A DNA stretch of 64,000 bases from Lingula anatina (lineage: Eukaryota; Animalia; Brachiopoda): NCBI GenBank assembly GCA_051362555.1, contig CM120647.1:3534001-3598000 (forward strand). The letters are read 5' to 3'. Positions 37,048 to 50,207 of this stretch are shown piece after piece (position 1 is the stretch's first letter; the number at the start of each line of letters is the position of its first letter). The notes under the pieces were generated by a model. It was not told where the DNA came from. It did no database searches and saw only the letters and a program-made list of their open reading frames with translations. The position numbers and the translations under genes are program-made.

Positions 37048-39118
37048 AGATATTTATGAACTAATTGGTAGTCTAGCAAATAGTATCATTATGAAATGTA
37101 AATAGTAGTTAATATCTGTTGGTACAGTGTGGTGTTGGAAAGAGAAACAATTTTAAAACTTCTTGAACTGACAGTAAAGGTCAATTTGGGTGGATTTCTT
37201 TTCATGATCTTTTTTTCTTCTATGGAACCTGTAGCTCTCTTTGATAGACTATGCTGCCAGATTTCTTTCCTTCATTCTCCCAAACGCACAAATGTTTGTG
37301 TTAGTAAGTGTCTCGGTACTCCAAGACTTGGTCAGGCTCAGACCCTTCTCCACCTTTCTTTGTACAAGCACTCTTCTTCTCCAGAGACATATCATACGTC
37401 TCAATACCTTTCTTGTTTGAATTTTCATTCTCCCTGGTGTATGGTATTTTAATATCAAGCTTAGGCTGTCATGTGACGTAATCATATTTTATTTATTTAC
37501 TTTTTTTAAATAATTTTATATGGATTACGGATATTACTTTATCTACCATAGTCTTCATTCACGTCTTGGTGAAAATATCCCAATTTCATTGTGGAGGTCA
37601 TTTTATACTAATCCTACACTAGCTACAAGTAATGATAATGGGAAATTTTGATATTTTTTTCATTATGATCACATTTATTAAATTTAATTAAATGCTCCGT
37701 GTGAGATTTCAGCTTATTGCATTCTTTGTACATGAATGTGATGGTGAATTCTTCGGGTGTTCAGGACTCTTCTGGAAAGTTTTTATCATCTTTACTGTGA
37801 GAGTGAAATAATTCCTGGAAAATCCCAGGATTATAATCACTTTCCCTTATCTTGGCATTCCTTTTGGTACAGATTGTTGAAATAAAAACCATGTTGTACA
37901 AAGAACAGAAACTAGACAAACTCAGATGCTTTGCATTGTTACGTAAAGGAATTCACTGCATTGCTATGCACATATATACATTTGATTTCAGAGATGGGAC
38001 GCGTGTATTGAAGTTGGGATAGGTATAGAATATGAATTTATAAAGTTAATACCATCTCTCTATTGTCAATTTTTATGCCATGTTTCGCATAATTAAGAAG
38101 TCAAATTAAGTTTATTAAATTTAGCTTCTGATTTATCTGTTATTTAAGATTTAATTATTAAAGTTAAGTAACCTTATGTCAACGGTTAATTGTTAGGCAA
38201 GAGTAAAGTCACCATTTGTATATTAAAGTTAACAGATAATTAGGAAGTGCTTCATAATCTTTAGTGTAAACTTTGAGGAACTTGTTTGGCATTATTAAGA
38301 TTTAAAATAACTGTATTCTTTGTTCACCAGTGGATTTTTAATAAACGCAAGGCAAAATATACTTTCAATTTTATTACAAAACAGTCGTTTGTCTGTATAT
38401 ATATATAACAAAATGTGTACAATAATCGCACTTCAGTATATGTATATATATATAAAAAAAAAAAAAAACACCCTTGAAGTAATCTCTGGAAAAAGAAGAC
38501 TTCAAATTTTGCTAAAATTACAGGCTACTACAAGAAAACTTCAAACATAAATAACACTTCGATAACTTCTCAGTTTTGAGATTGTTTCAATCACTACGGG
38601 CAAACAGACACGACCAAATTCTTTTCTTGTTCTGACTGGTACAATAGCAGGCATGCATGTTATCTAGACAATTTAGCATAATGAGAGCAAAATAAGCATT
38701 TTGTATAAAGGCAAAAAATATTCAACATCCTTCAAAATTAATTAACTGGAAAGTTTGTTAAACATCTTAAGTAGAAGATACTTGTAAACAAAAGTAGACT
38801 GCAGAATTTTTTTCACAATGTCAATAACATCGCCTCAGACAAATGCCAATGGAATCATCTTGATCGTTAAAAACGACTTTTCTTAACATCCGAGTCACAA
38901 TGAGGCAACTGCATTTGGATCTTTGACTTCTGTTTGATCTTATACCAACTGCACGTTTCATTCAACCCAACACACTTTCTTAAAACGGACTACTGTCTTA
39001 CCCCTTAATCAGAATGAGTTCTTAGAACAGACTAAATCTCTGAAGGTCAAAATTGTGGAAGAATCGTCCCAATTTGGATGTATGTATGTTATACATAATT
39101 TAACATCTTAATGTCAAT

Positions 39119-42100
39119 TTAACCATCTAGCGTGCCAGCATTTAGAGCATCTTGGTACGAAGGTCCTCCCTCTCTCTGTTCTGGGGCTAGCTTGATCATG
39201 TCATCTATTCTCAATATAGTAATGGCCGCCTCCGTGGCGAACTTAAGGCTCTTGATTTTGGACATGGCGGGCTCCAGGACTCCAGCGCGCTTGTTATCAC
39301 GTACCACGCCTTCGTAGAGGTCCAGTCCCACCCTACAAGAAAAAGAATTGAAGAAACATTTGAATGAAATTTATTTACTTGTAAACAACTAGAAAAGAAC
39401 TAGAAGGAGCAGCTCAATTTAATTATTATTAATGAATAGTGGATCCCCACCAAAATCTTATCAATTCTAAGCCTGTGCATTTCTGACCTATCCTAAAAAG
39501 TTTAATCAAAATGTCTAACTTTTTAAGTGGGGCTTTAAAGTGACAAACCAACAAAGACAACAACAACCTCCCTGACAGGTCATAAATACCTGGAAATGAA
39601 ATTTCATGATCACTTTCCAACAGACTTAGAAGATAGAAGTTTTCAAAAAAAACATGTCACGCTTTCCTCAAAAGTAAACAAAATGTTATTAATTAGTCTT
39701 ATTTCATAAATTTTCCCTGGCAAAAAAAAATTCCTATTCACAAGCCATTGACCAATTTTGAAAAACCTAAAAACTTGTTTTATGACTTAATACACAAACT
39801 TCTTTTCACTGCAATCGTATAAATGCAAACCCCTTATCTTTCAATTCCAGTAACAAAATCGGTATTTGACAAAATTCCGTTCTTCTGTGAACTCACCACT
39901 TCAAGTCTCTGTGTTCCACTTTAGTCTGTGATGTGTTATGATATGCCCTAAGTTTGGCTACGAGATCCGTGGAATCCTTGGCGGCATTCACAGCCAGTTG
40001 CTTGGGAATCACCAGCAAGGCCTGCGCAAACTCTGCTATCGCTAACTGCTCTCTGGAGCTCTGCAGATAGAAAAACAGTATAAGATCACAGACGTTCCAG
40101 ATTCATTCTAGTGTAACATTTCCTTTTTTGCTATGGGTTAGATAATTTATTCTAACAGTTACAGCCAAAAATTTCAACTGGCTTAAAACAAAATATATGA
40201 CGTTTAATCTATTTGACATTTCTTTGCTGAAAATGTAATTTTTTGGTAATGAAATTTTATAAATAAGTAGACTCTTAATCACCATATCTAAGTAACAACA
40301 AAAAAATACATTCTCTGCAAATAACAGATATGATCAAAGTTGTGAAACTTAATACATTTTACATCTTTAAAATTGTGCAAAAAGTTGTTTATTTATCATC
40401 ACAAAATATGGACAGACTGTGACTTAAAGATGGTCTACAAAAACATGGAAGGTTTAAAAAATAAGCAATGTTTTCCCATCATCAAATCTTAAACAGATCC
40501 AAGAGAGTAAGGAAAAAGTCTCTTCGCTCATGTTCACTTACCAGTGAAGTAGCTAAATTCTCTAAATATATAGATAAGGCAGCTTCCACAGCGCCACCAC
40601 CAGGAACAACACTTTTAGACTCCAACACACGCTTCACCACACATAGTGCGTCATGCACAGAACGCTCCATCTCGTCCACGTAGAAATCATTGGCGCCGCG
40701 CAACACAATGGATGACGCACTGCGAGCCTTTGGTCTGAAGAAGTAGTACAAGTTAAAATATATGTGGAAGGTTTAAGATATATATTTAAAAATATCAAAA
40801 CCTTATTAATACAAGAAATTATACGAAATTATAAGAAATTAACATACAGGATTATTCAGGAAAAAAAGACTGATAACTATTCTTTCATCACCCTAAAACC
40901 TCCCTTACTTTGAAATGGAAAACTTTATGGGCACATCATATGTCGATAATAATCATAATACAACTCTAATGCTTGTAAAATATGTCAAACATCTTTTAAT
41001 CTTGGTCTATTTATGTATATAAAAAAAAAGATAAGATAAATTGCACATCACATCAAGTTGACAGATAATCTTTTAATGAGTTATATCTTAGACTGTCCGA
41101 GTTGAAATCATTCCCATGCATCAAGAAAAGACAACATGGAATACAGTTCAAGTCCAGTTTGCTGTCTCCCACGCGTATAACTACTCACGCTAGCGTTTTC
41201 AGCATGGTAGCAAAATCATGGGAATTTGTATCCAAATATCAACAAGTTCATCAGAAGGTAGAGATTGTTTTCTCATTAACATTTTTGCGCCCAATAAGGG
41301 TGTGGGGACAGAAGAGGGGGGGGGGGGACGCAAGTGTGTTAGTGAGCAAAACGGCAGTCACTGCCAACTGCTTACCCCTTAATCAGAATGAGTTCATCAT
41401 CACAAATTCTCTCCTGGACGACTTCTTCAGCGTAACCTAGGGAAGACACCTCAAAAGACTCTTCCCCTTCCATGTTAGCTAGCGTCAAGACTAGAGTACC
41501 TGGAGAAAAGTAATCAACTTGTTGAATGCTGAGAATTACTGGGAAATACAGGAACAAATACATAACTGATCTAAGTAAATAAGTTGTTTTATGTACAGAT
41601 CAAAGCATATGTCTCTGCCATTTGTTGTTCAGGTAAAATAAGAAATAAAAAAATAAATTGAAATAAATTAATGTGTAATATGAATAAGAAATTTATCCCA
41701 AGTCCAACTTGCCCACCTCTCTCTCTCTCATACAGGCACACAAATCACTGCTCCTTACCTCCAGTTGCCTTGGCAATTCTCTTCAGATCCACCTTTTTAC
41801 ACCTGCGGACCCCAATGGCTCCAGCCTCCACAAAGTATTTGAGGCACAGGTCGTCTATACCACCGGTGGTGAGGACAACGTTAGCCCCAGTAGACAAGAT
41901 CTTCTGGACGCGTTCTTTGGTAATGTCAGACTCCCTGGAAAGAGAAGATTACACTGCTTAATATTGGAAAATGAATTAATCAATTAATAAAACAAAACAA
42001 TATGAGAGCACATGCAAAGAAATTGCCTTACTTATTTCATTGGCTAAAGTGTTTTCAAGATTACACATTTTCTAGTTTTGATAGTTCATTTGTAACTTTA

Positions 42101-44052
42101 TTTCTTAGACTAGAAGATACAGAGAGAAGATACAGCTAAAGTGTTTTCAAGATTACACATTTTCTAGTTTTGATAGTTCTTTTGTCACTTTATTTTTGAG
42201 ACTAGAAGATATGAAGAGTTGTTATCCCTTTAATTTTCTACATTCCCATCACTGGACTCACCTCTTCCTAATATCTTCTAACTTAGCAGGATCATCTACA
42301 ACTACCTGCACTCCCATCTTCATCTTAGCCTTCATCAAACCAAAGTCCAGGAAGGCAATTTTGGCGCCCGTTATTTTCTTAGGCATGGCTGGAATAAGCA
42401 AAAATGTTCATTAGCTTGGTAGTTGGATCATGTATGATGAAAATCAAACACAAGCAAAAATACTTTCATACTGTAATCTCAAGGCTTGAAAGTATTTTGG
42501 CTGTTGTTTGATAATCATCATATGTTAGCTGGAATAGTTTAGAAGAGAGGTTGAGAAATCAGTTCCACTCAGAGGTGCTACCACCAGTGCCCTCTGGTAG
42601 GCATAATGTAAACGGGATCAGAATATTGTTACCTCTAATCCAGGTACAAAAAAAAAAAGAACTAAAGTCAGGTTTCCTGGCTAAGAACTTAATTACCAAG
42701 GCTACATGGGCACATCTTACCCTATCAGGAACAGTGTAACGGCACTCTCATGGAAATCCTAAGGGAACTGACTTAAGTTTTTTGTGAAAATGAGACCAGC
42801 CCACTCACCTTGCGATGCCACCGTACAGTTCAGTGCGTAGCCAGGTACCATGACACTCTCCCTGGCGCTGCGGCCATGGGCCTTCAGGATATTCACAGCT
42901 TTGATTGGGTAGCGGAACCCTCCCTTGGGGTCGCCCATCTTGATAGCCATGGCAGCATCCACCACCATATTGGCAAAGAATTCAGAGTCACTGAGAGAGG
43001 GGGTTAAGGAAGTGGCTAATAAAACTACACATAAACAGTAATTTAGGAATACAAAAAATGTATGTATTAATAAAATTTTGGACCTTACTTACTACAATTC
43101 AGGGACATTCTGATTTCTATATCTACATATTCTCAAATATAATTTAACTGGATAACTAAGAAAATATGCTCAAACCAAGAAAGTGTTACCAATCACAGCA
43201 CACACATAATAAATAAACAAGGCAGCAAAGCTGTCAAATGTACAGACAAAAAACAGGAAATAAAGATGCAAAATAGGTCATTTTGTCAATTTTGATGCAA
43301 TAATAAATAATGCTTATAATAGCACTGTCAGTCAACACTGAATTTTAATCTTGCACAACAGGTAACATGGTCAATAACAGGAGCGGACCCAGAGATATTT
43401 TCTGACAGTATTACAAAGTATCTATGTTGATCCATCCTCCATTTTGATGGTCTTCCAACAGAAAAAAATAGATACCAGTCAATATAAACTTAATAACCTG
43501 ACTGTCTTCAGGAAGACCCAGAAGATGGTCCACCCCTTCAATAAAATTACAGTTTCAGGACCATGAGAGTTCAAATTCACACTATGAAACTCTCAATATT
43601 TGAAAAATGATGACAGTGCATAAAATAATATTACATAATGTTTAAAGACATAAAAAACAATACAACTGCTTATGTGGAAATACAGAAAATGTGCAGAGCC
43701 CCAGGCAGATGAGAGTTAAAAGTCACAAATGCAAGTGTTTGAGAAAAAATTATAAAGGAAAACATAACAAAGCTAGAAAAGCACTTTGAGAGTGCAGACC
43801 TCTGCCAAGGCAGCAATTGTTGATTATTATTGATAATTGATTGATTATTGTTCCAGACCACCACCAAAAATTAATCATTGTCCTCTTTGGCCCACTTCCG
43901 GCAGTTCCTGAAAATTTCTGCAAAATCAGTCCATAACTTTTTGTGTTATGTGGATGACAGACAAACAAGGGTGAAAATATGACCTCCTTGGCAGAGCTTG
44001 AGGTAAATATAATTCCAATGAAGATGCTATTCAAACTTTTAATCTTCCAGTT

Positions 44053-44129
<77 letters not shown>

Positions 44130-47100
44130 AAAACTTATTTGCAATATTAAACAAAATTTACCTGCATAATTATCACTGCTTCCTTATTATTAATCTAGCA
44201 GAGAGCTTTACCTTTGGGAGTTTACAGGGAAATATCAACAAGTGTGCTTTATGTAATCTCATTTAATGGCCTATTAAGGCAAATGACTTTATAACTCTGA
44301 AATTAATCTAGTGATACCCAAGGGTAATTTACAGACTGACCCACTCAAAGGTCTTTCGGCCCATAAGTCACACTTTAAGAAAAGCACAAAACCATAATGC
44401 CCAAAATAGGAGACTACCAATCCTGATGCAATAATACATTATGTTTAACTGCACAGTCAACATCAACTTATGCACAACAGGTAACACAGACGAAATTAAA
44501 AGCATAAGGCTTCAGGCCCATCGGAGTTCAAGTTTATACTTAGAAAGTGCCAGAATGAGAAAAATGAAAATTTCACAAAAAATGCATAAATTCAATAAAA
44601 ATGATAATCCAATAGAGCTGGTTTTCTCATATGAGCTGAAGGCCAATCCTAAAAATCGTACTTGTAAGTTAAAAATGATAATAAGTAGCACAGTTTTCTT
44701 TTCATAATGTTTGCAGTAGCAGTGCAAAAAGATTGTTGTCAATTTTGATGTAACATTACATAATAAATTAGAGAATAATTATCACCAATTTTTGTTTATT
44801 GACTATAAATAGGATGGACATGTAGAAAATATGATTACCATTCGGCTTCATGTCCATGGGAGCTCTGAGTCCCACAATGAATATGCCAAAAAGATAATGA
44901 ATATTACACTAAAATGTATAGCTTCCAGAAAAAGAAGCCAATTAGACTGCTTTTCCAACTCAGGCTGCATTTTAGTCCTGTGTTTCTTTTTTGAAAGTTT
45001 GACAGTCATAAGTAACACAGTTTTCCCATAATGGTCATCAAGGCAGCAGCACCCAAAATTGTGTTTTCTTCTATTTTGATGCAACATTACATAATGCTTA
45101 ACGGCATAATGACCATCGATTTTTAATAATAAAATATAAGTGTCATGAATTTTCAGAAAATGTGACTAGCATGGGTCTTCAAGCCCGTGGAGGTTCTAAG
45201 TCATACATTGAAAATGCCAATATGTGAAAAATTACATTTTCACAAAAAAACTGCTTAACTACCAGAAAAATTTACCAAACAGACTGCATTGCCTACTGAA
45301 GCTGTATTTTAGTCCCATGTTTTTTTCCTGTAAGTTTGAGAACAGTAAGTGACATGACTTTCATTAAATGGTCATCATGGGAGCAGTGCCCAAAATAGGG
45401 GTTTCTTCAAATTTTGATGCAATATTACATAATGTTTTACAGCATAATAACCATCCATTTTTCATAATAAATTATACCTGTCATGGATTTTAAGAAAATG
45501 TGACTAGCATGGGTCTTCAAGCCCGTGGAGGTTCTAAGTCACATCTTGGAAATGCCAATAAGTAAAAAATTAAATTTTCACAAAAAACTGTTTAATTGCC
45601 AGAAAAATTTACCAAACAGACTGCATTGTCTACTGAAGCTGTACTTTAGACCCATGTTTCTTTCCTGTAAGTTTGAGATCAGTAATTGACATGATTCTCC
45701 TTAAATGGTCATCATGGGAGCAGTGCCCAAAAAAGGGGTTTCTTCAAATTTTGATGCAACATTACATATTGTTTTGCAGCATAATGACCATCAATTTTTA
45801 ATTATAAAATATTAGTATCATGGTTATTCAGAAAATGTGACTAGCAAAAGTCTTCAGGCCCATGGAACTTTAAAGTCACATATTGAAAATGCCAAAATGT
45901 AAACAAGACAGCACTGTTCTGAAATGGGTTTATTTCCATTTTTAACACTATTTTAACATAAAACAAAATAAACAGTTTACTGCCATTTTTATATGACCAA
46001 TGAAGAAAATTGATGAGATGGGAAAAGTATCAATAGAACAGTGCAATAGAACTGCAATGATATGAGTTTATTTCCATTTTTGACACTTTATTACACAATA
46101 CATGATAACAAGTTTACCATGTTTTTTACATAATCAACTAACAATGTTGTAAAGATGCAGGAAATATCAAACAAACACTTTTAGGCATCTTATTAGTTAA
46201 ATAATGAGACTGTTAACATGCTTAAGAATTGAATCTGAGGAAATGTGAAAAAAACAGTATAACTTCTAAAATAATGGCCCGATTATGCTGATTTTCGAAC
46301 TCAACCTGCGTTTTAGTAAGATTGACCACTCCTGTGAGTATAATTACAATTGGCCAATCCGTTTTTCTTATATTGTGTTATCAGTGTTGCATTTATATTG
46401 AAAATAGTGAAAAAACAGCATAAATTCCCTCAAAATAGCCCAATCATGCTGATTTTCGAACTTGACCTGCGTATTATGAATATTCATCAGTTCTGTAAGT
46501 TTAGTGTCAAAAGGTAAAATGGTTTTCCACTTATCATGTTATCGGTGCTGCATATATGCTGAAAAAAGTGAAAAAACAGCATAAATTCCCTAAAAGTGAC
46601 CCGATCATGCTGATTTTCGAACTTGACCCGTGTATTATGAATATTCATCAGTTCTGTAAGTTTCAAGTCAAAAGGTAAAATGGTTTTCCACTTATCGTGT
46701 TATCGGTGCTGCATATATGTTGAAAAAAGTGAAAAAACAGCATAAATTCCCTAAGAGTGACCCGATCATGCTGATTTTCGAACTTGACCTGCGTATTATG
46801 AATATTCATCAGTTCTGCAAGTTTCAAATCAAAAGGCAAAATGGTTTTCCACTTATCGTGTTATCGGTAAAAGTGCACGGCGACGGCGACGACGGCGACG
46901 ACAGACGCAGATGATGGCTATATGTACAGACACATCTGTGTCTGTACATAAAAAGCAAATAGGAAGATCATGATTAGGTAAAGATTAACGCTGTAACATA
47001 AAAGGATACGCTCCTATTAATTTACTAGACATGCTGGTCTTGGCTGCGTTCACAATGCACTCACGCCCCAATTCGTCTGTATTCAACATCAGGTGCTCCT

Positions 47101-49782
47101 GTATGTACTTGCAGGCTTCCCTGGAGAGAAAAAATGCATTATATAACTGCATTTGTTCAGTATTTTCATTGGTAGATTCTCTTCTGTTACCATTATATGT
47201 CAAGTTTTTTTCTCTCAACTTAAAGAAAAAAAGATTAACACATCTACTAGAGAAAAAATGTCTATTTATCATCATGATAATGATCTTTTTTTCTCATACT
47301 ATCAGAGGGGGAATACACCTGATTTGGCTCAGTGTTAAGACTAAGCTACTTACTTGCAGGCCAGTCTGTATCCACTAATAATAGACGTAGGGTGGATCTT
47401 ATTCTTTACTAGTTCATCTGCATTCTTCAGTAGTTCAGCTGCTATAATGACCTGTAGAGAACAAAAATTTCAAGGGCTGTTAATGAAATTTTGCACTTCT
47501 AAATCCAAGTTGGACAAGACATGAAATATGTTGCTGAATATGGTTGTAGGGCAGGGTGATACTTTCCATTCCAATAAAAATTACAAAATTAACTTATTAG
47601 TTAGTTATGAAGTGAATACTGCAAAATTCTTTTTTCATTTTATACCCTGATACTATACCCAAAGATTTCTAAAGCCACTTATACTATCCTTATTCACTAA
47701 AATAGCATGATTTATGGTGATAAATATATCAGTATTAATCATACATATGCAAAACTTCAAAGTAGCTGAAATATAGACAGGACATAGAAAAGATAAGACC
47801 ACAATTTTCTCATAAAGCAAAACATTTTCAAACTGCTTCTGTTAATTTTCAAAGTAGCTTGTGTTAATTTCTATCCTAGAACAATGTGAGGGCACAGGTA
47901 GAAGATCATACACTGAAATAAATGTAGATCTTAGATCTAAGCACCATGTTCATCTTCCCCAGTGTATATACTGTGATTACAACAGGCGCAGTAACACAGC
48001 AAGTTGAATGGGGTGCAGCAATATTCTGTTGATCCCACAGTTATGAAATATGTTGTGTTGTTATTCAGTTGAGACATTTTCAAACCAAATGTACTAATTA
48101 AGACTTTAAAGATGACCATTAACTGGAAGGATTGATTGTGAAGTCATGATATGTTTAACAAAACCTGATTGATTATGATAAACCTTCTGATTGTTGTCTA
48201 ATTCTATATGTTTGTGTGTGCGCATGCATGCGCGTGTGTTTGTGTGTGTGGGGAGGGGGGGGCTAACTATGCCCTACAAGACAATCAGAATGTTGACATT
48301 TTAAAATATTTGGTTACAGTATGCATATTACGGGTATAGCACCACTTTGGAAGCTTTGCACTTAAAGAGTCAAGACCAACTTTTTAGACAAAATTTCTTA
48401 AGAAGAGGCAATTACCACAGAAGTGGTTCCATCCCCGACTTCCTGGTCCTGGAGATCTGCCAGTTCACAGAGGATCTTGGCGGCTGGGTGTTCTACTTCC
48501 AGAAGTTTGAGTATTGTAGCTCCATCATTGGTGATTGTCACATCCTAGAAACAAAATCAATATATAAGTAAACAATGCAAATGAGAGGCAACAATGTTAT
48601 TCATCAATAAATATCTTAATGATGACTTGCAGGGGGATGACTCATTTAAATAGCTGCCAAGTGTTCCAATTTCTAAATAACAGTTTAACCATTTGCATGT
48701 TTACTTTTCTGTTTTTTTGAATCAGGACACTAACCTAGTGTAACCATATTTATTATGAGAGGACAGTTTCATTAGCTCTATATGTATCAATTTAAATTAT
48801 TGCTTTTCTTTTTCTGATGATGGTGACTGACAGTCACAGAAATATTGGAGGTAATACCCACATATTTTATAAGCTCTTGATAAAAGAAAAACAACAATTT
48901 AAAATTTAACATTTTTATTGTCTTTTTTAAAACATGCATCTTGGGACTATGATGAGACCTGCAAACTTTCATATATAGCAGTAAGTCTGAATGCCGCAGG
49001 CTGGGGCTTTTTTTTTTTTTTTTGTGATCTCAGCAGGGCTGTAATATAAGTCTGAAGGTTCATAGTCTAAAGGTTCGATAGTCTGAATTAATGCATGAAT
49101 AAACCGTATAGTTTACTGGCAGTTAAGGCACTAGGGAGGTGTGGAAACCAATACTCACCCCCACGTCATCCACCAACATTTTGTCCAGTCCCACGGGACC
49201 CAGACTGCTCTTTACTATGTTAGCAATAGCTGAGGCTGCCATCACTGAAAAAAAAAAACACATACTGATTAGATGCTTTGGAGAAAAGAATGATAAAATT
49301 TTCCATAAATGTGCCTATTTGTCATTTTTCAGCATACACTAAGAACACAGAGAGCTAAACTTGATGCCTTGGTTACACGGTCGAGTCTCAACAAAGTCGA
49401 AATAGATGCAATGCTACAAATTCAATAATTAAAATACACATCTTGCTTTCAATTTTATACCTTGCAGGCAATTATTTTTAATCGTCGCCATGATTACAGC
49501 GAATAATTAGTAGTTTCAGGGAATGCAGTTACTGATTATTTTGACAGGTAACTACAGTCATATCATTAAATATGAAAATCACGCTGTCGCGCGCACGTGC
49601 TCAACGTTTCAAGTATAATTATGTATGAAGAGAAGAACGCAGTGCAACACTAGCAAACAATTAGGTAACTACATATATCTCTCTTTTAATCTCGAATATT
49701 GCTGCTAACCATTTTGAGTCCGTATCGACTCTCCCGTGGTTCTTTCTCCGAAGATGTGAAGAGCTCTCGCTGTATCCGCCAT
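39119..49782 (-). CDS. TCP1: T-complex protein 1 subunit alpha (CCT1), 12 coding exons, 558 aa
   Basis: Exons: 49782-49710, 49244-49159, 48544-48416, 47451-47354, 47120-47010, 42990-42809, 42388-42262, 41934-41759, 41499-41376, 40734-40542, 40060-39897, 39332-39119 (1677 nt, phases consistent). Motifs: [71 protein letters not shown]. Likely polyA signal at ~38370. Confidence 0.98.
41091..41225 (-). ncRNA. SNORA20: H/ACA box snoRNA, SNORA20 (ACA20) orthologue, in TCP1 intron 9
   Basis: Hairpin TTCCCAT-GATTTT-GCTAC...GTAGT-TATACGC-GTGGGAG, H box ACAGCA, second hairpin, ACA + 3 nt. The pocket pairs with 18S GCGUAUA-(Psi)U-AAAGUU, 14 nt from the H box. Vertebrate SNORA20 is also hosted by TCP1. 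Confidence 0.88.
43772..44005 (-). mobile_element. Small HINE-type element nested in the larger one
   Basis: CTAGAAAAGCACTTTGAGAGTGC hairpin, subTIR CTCTGCCAAGG, GACAGACA microsatellite and ACCTCCTTGGCAGAG end. Confidence 0.65.
44056..44124. repeat. (TA)n microsatellite (others at 35428-35470 and ~61600-61730)
   Basis: Directly visible. Confidence 0.95.
47882..48015 (-). ncRNA. H/ACA box snoRNA (SNORA20-related) in TCP1 intron 3
   Basis: Hairpin CCCCA-TTCAACTT-GCTGTG..CACAGT-ATATACAC-TGGGG, H box AGATGA, second hairpin (GGTGC..AGATC.TACATT..AGTGTA.GATCT..GTGCC), ACA + 3 nt; 134 nt. The pocket is complementary to 18S GUAUAU-(Psi)A-AAGUUG. Confidence 0.8.
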
Positions 49783-50207
49783 TTTGACCTACTGTAGCCT
49801 ATGATGCTCTCGTCCTCGTGATAGCAGCAACTTTTTTCAGTTTACCACCAAGTTAAACAACAACTAAGATTGTACCAAATATTGATGCTGAATTTATAAC
49901 GATTAGAGGTAATGTTTGAAAAAAAGATAGCTATACAAAATATCCCTTGAACTTTCACACATTTCGTCTCCACGCAATAACCTCGTTTAGAAAATGAACG
50001 TCCTAAGCATAACGATTTACCATATTGTAAACATCAGGAATGAGGCTATGCGGCGGAAAGTCCTATGACAAAGACGGAGCAGACAGGTCATGTACGGTCA
50101 AATCTGTTAGTATCTGTCTGCCGCAGTGTCCACATGTCTCCTGCGTGCTTTGTGTACTCGCAATAACTGCTGTCGATGTAGACTGCTTGGAGAAGAAAAA
50201 CATATCG
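49783..50207. promoter_or_regulatory. Bidirectional promoter of TCP1 and a plus-strand gene, including its putative non-coding first exon (donor GTGAGT at 50208)
   Basis: CpG-enriched region between the TCP1 ATG and a plus-strand donor site. Confidence 0.5.

Larger units (their letters stand above)
43216..46954 (-). mobile_element. Helentron-associated non-autonomous element (HINE/DINE-1-like, ~3.7 kb) with internal ~338-bp and ~161-bp tandem arrays
   Basis: One end has a 14-bp palindrome TATGTACAGACACA-TC-TGTGTCTGTACATA (46921-46950) and a GACG/GAC microsatellite. The other end has AACAAG, a GGCAGC-AAA-GCTGTC hairpin and the matching subTIR ATGTACAGAC (43238). Arrays lie at ~44390-45900 and ~46250-46870. 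Confidence 0.8.
42991..47009 (-). other. U12-type (minor spliceosome) GT-AG intron, TCP1 intron 5
   Basis: 5' splice site GTATCCTTT; branch point TTCCTTAAC about 12 nt upstream of the 3' AG. Confidence 0.92.

Noticed and set aside
42550-42780. Possible third snoRNA/structured RNA or CTCF-like site (CTACCAGAGGGCAC) in TCP1 intron 6
   Set aside because: Inverted repeats are present, but I found no properly placed H box/ACA pair, C/D boxes or rRNA complementarity. A single motif match is not enough evidence.
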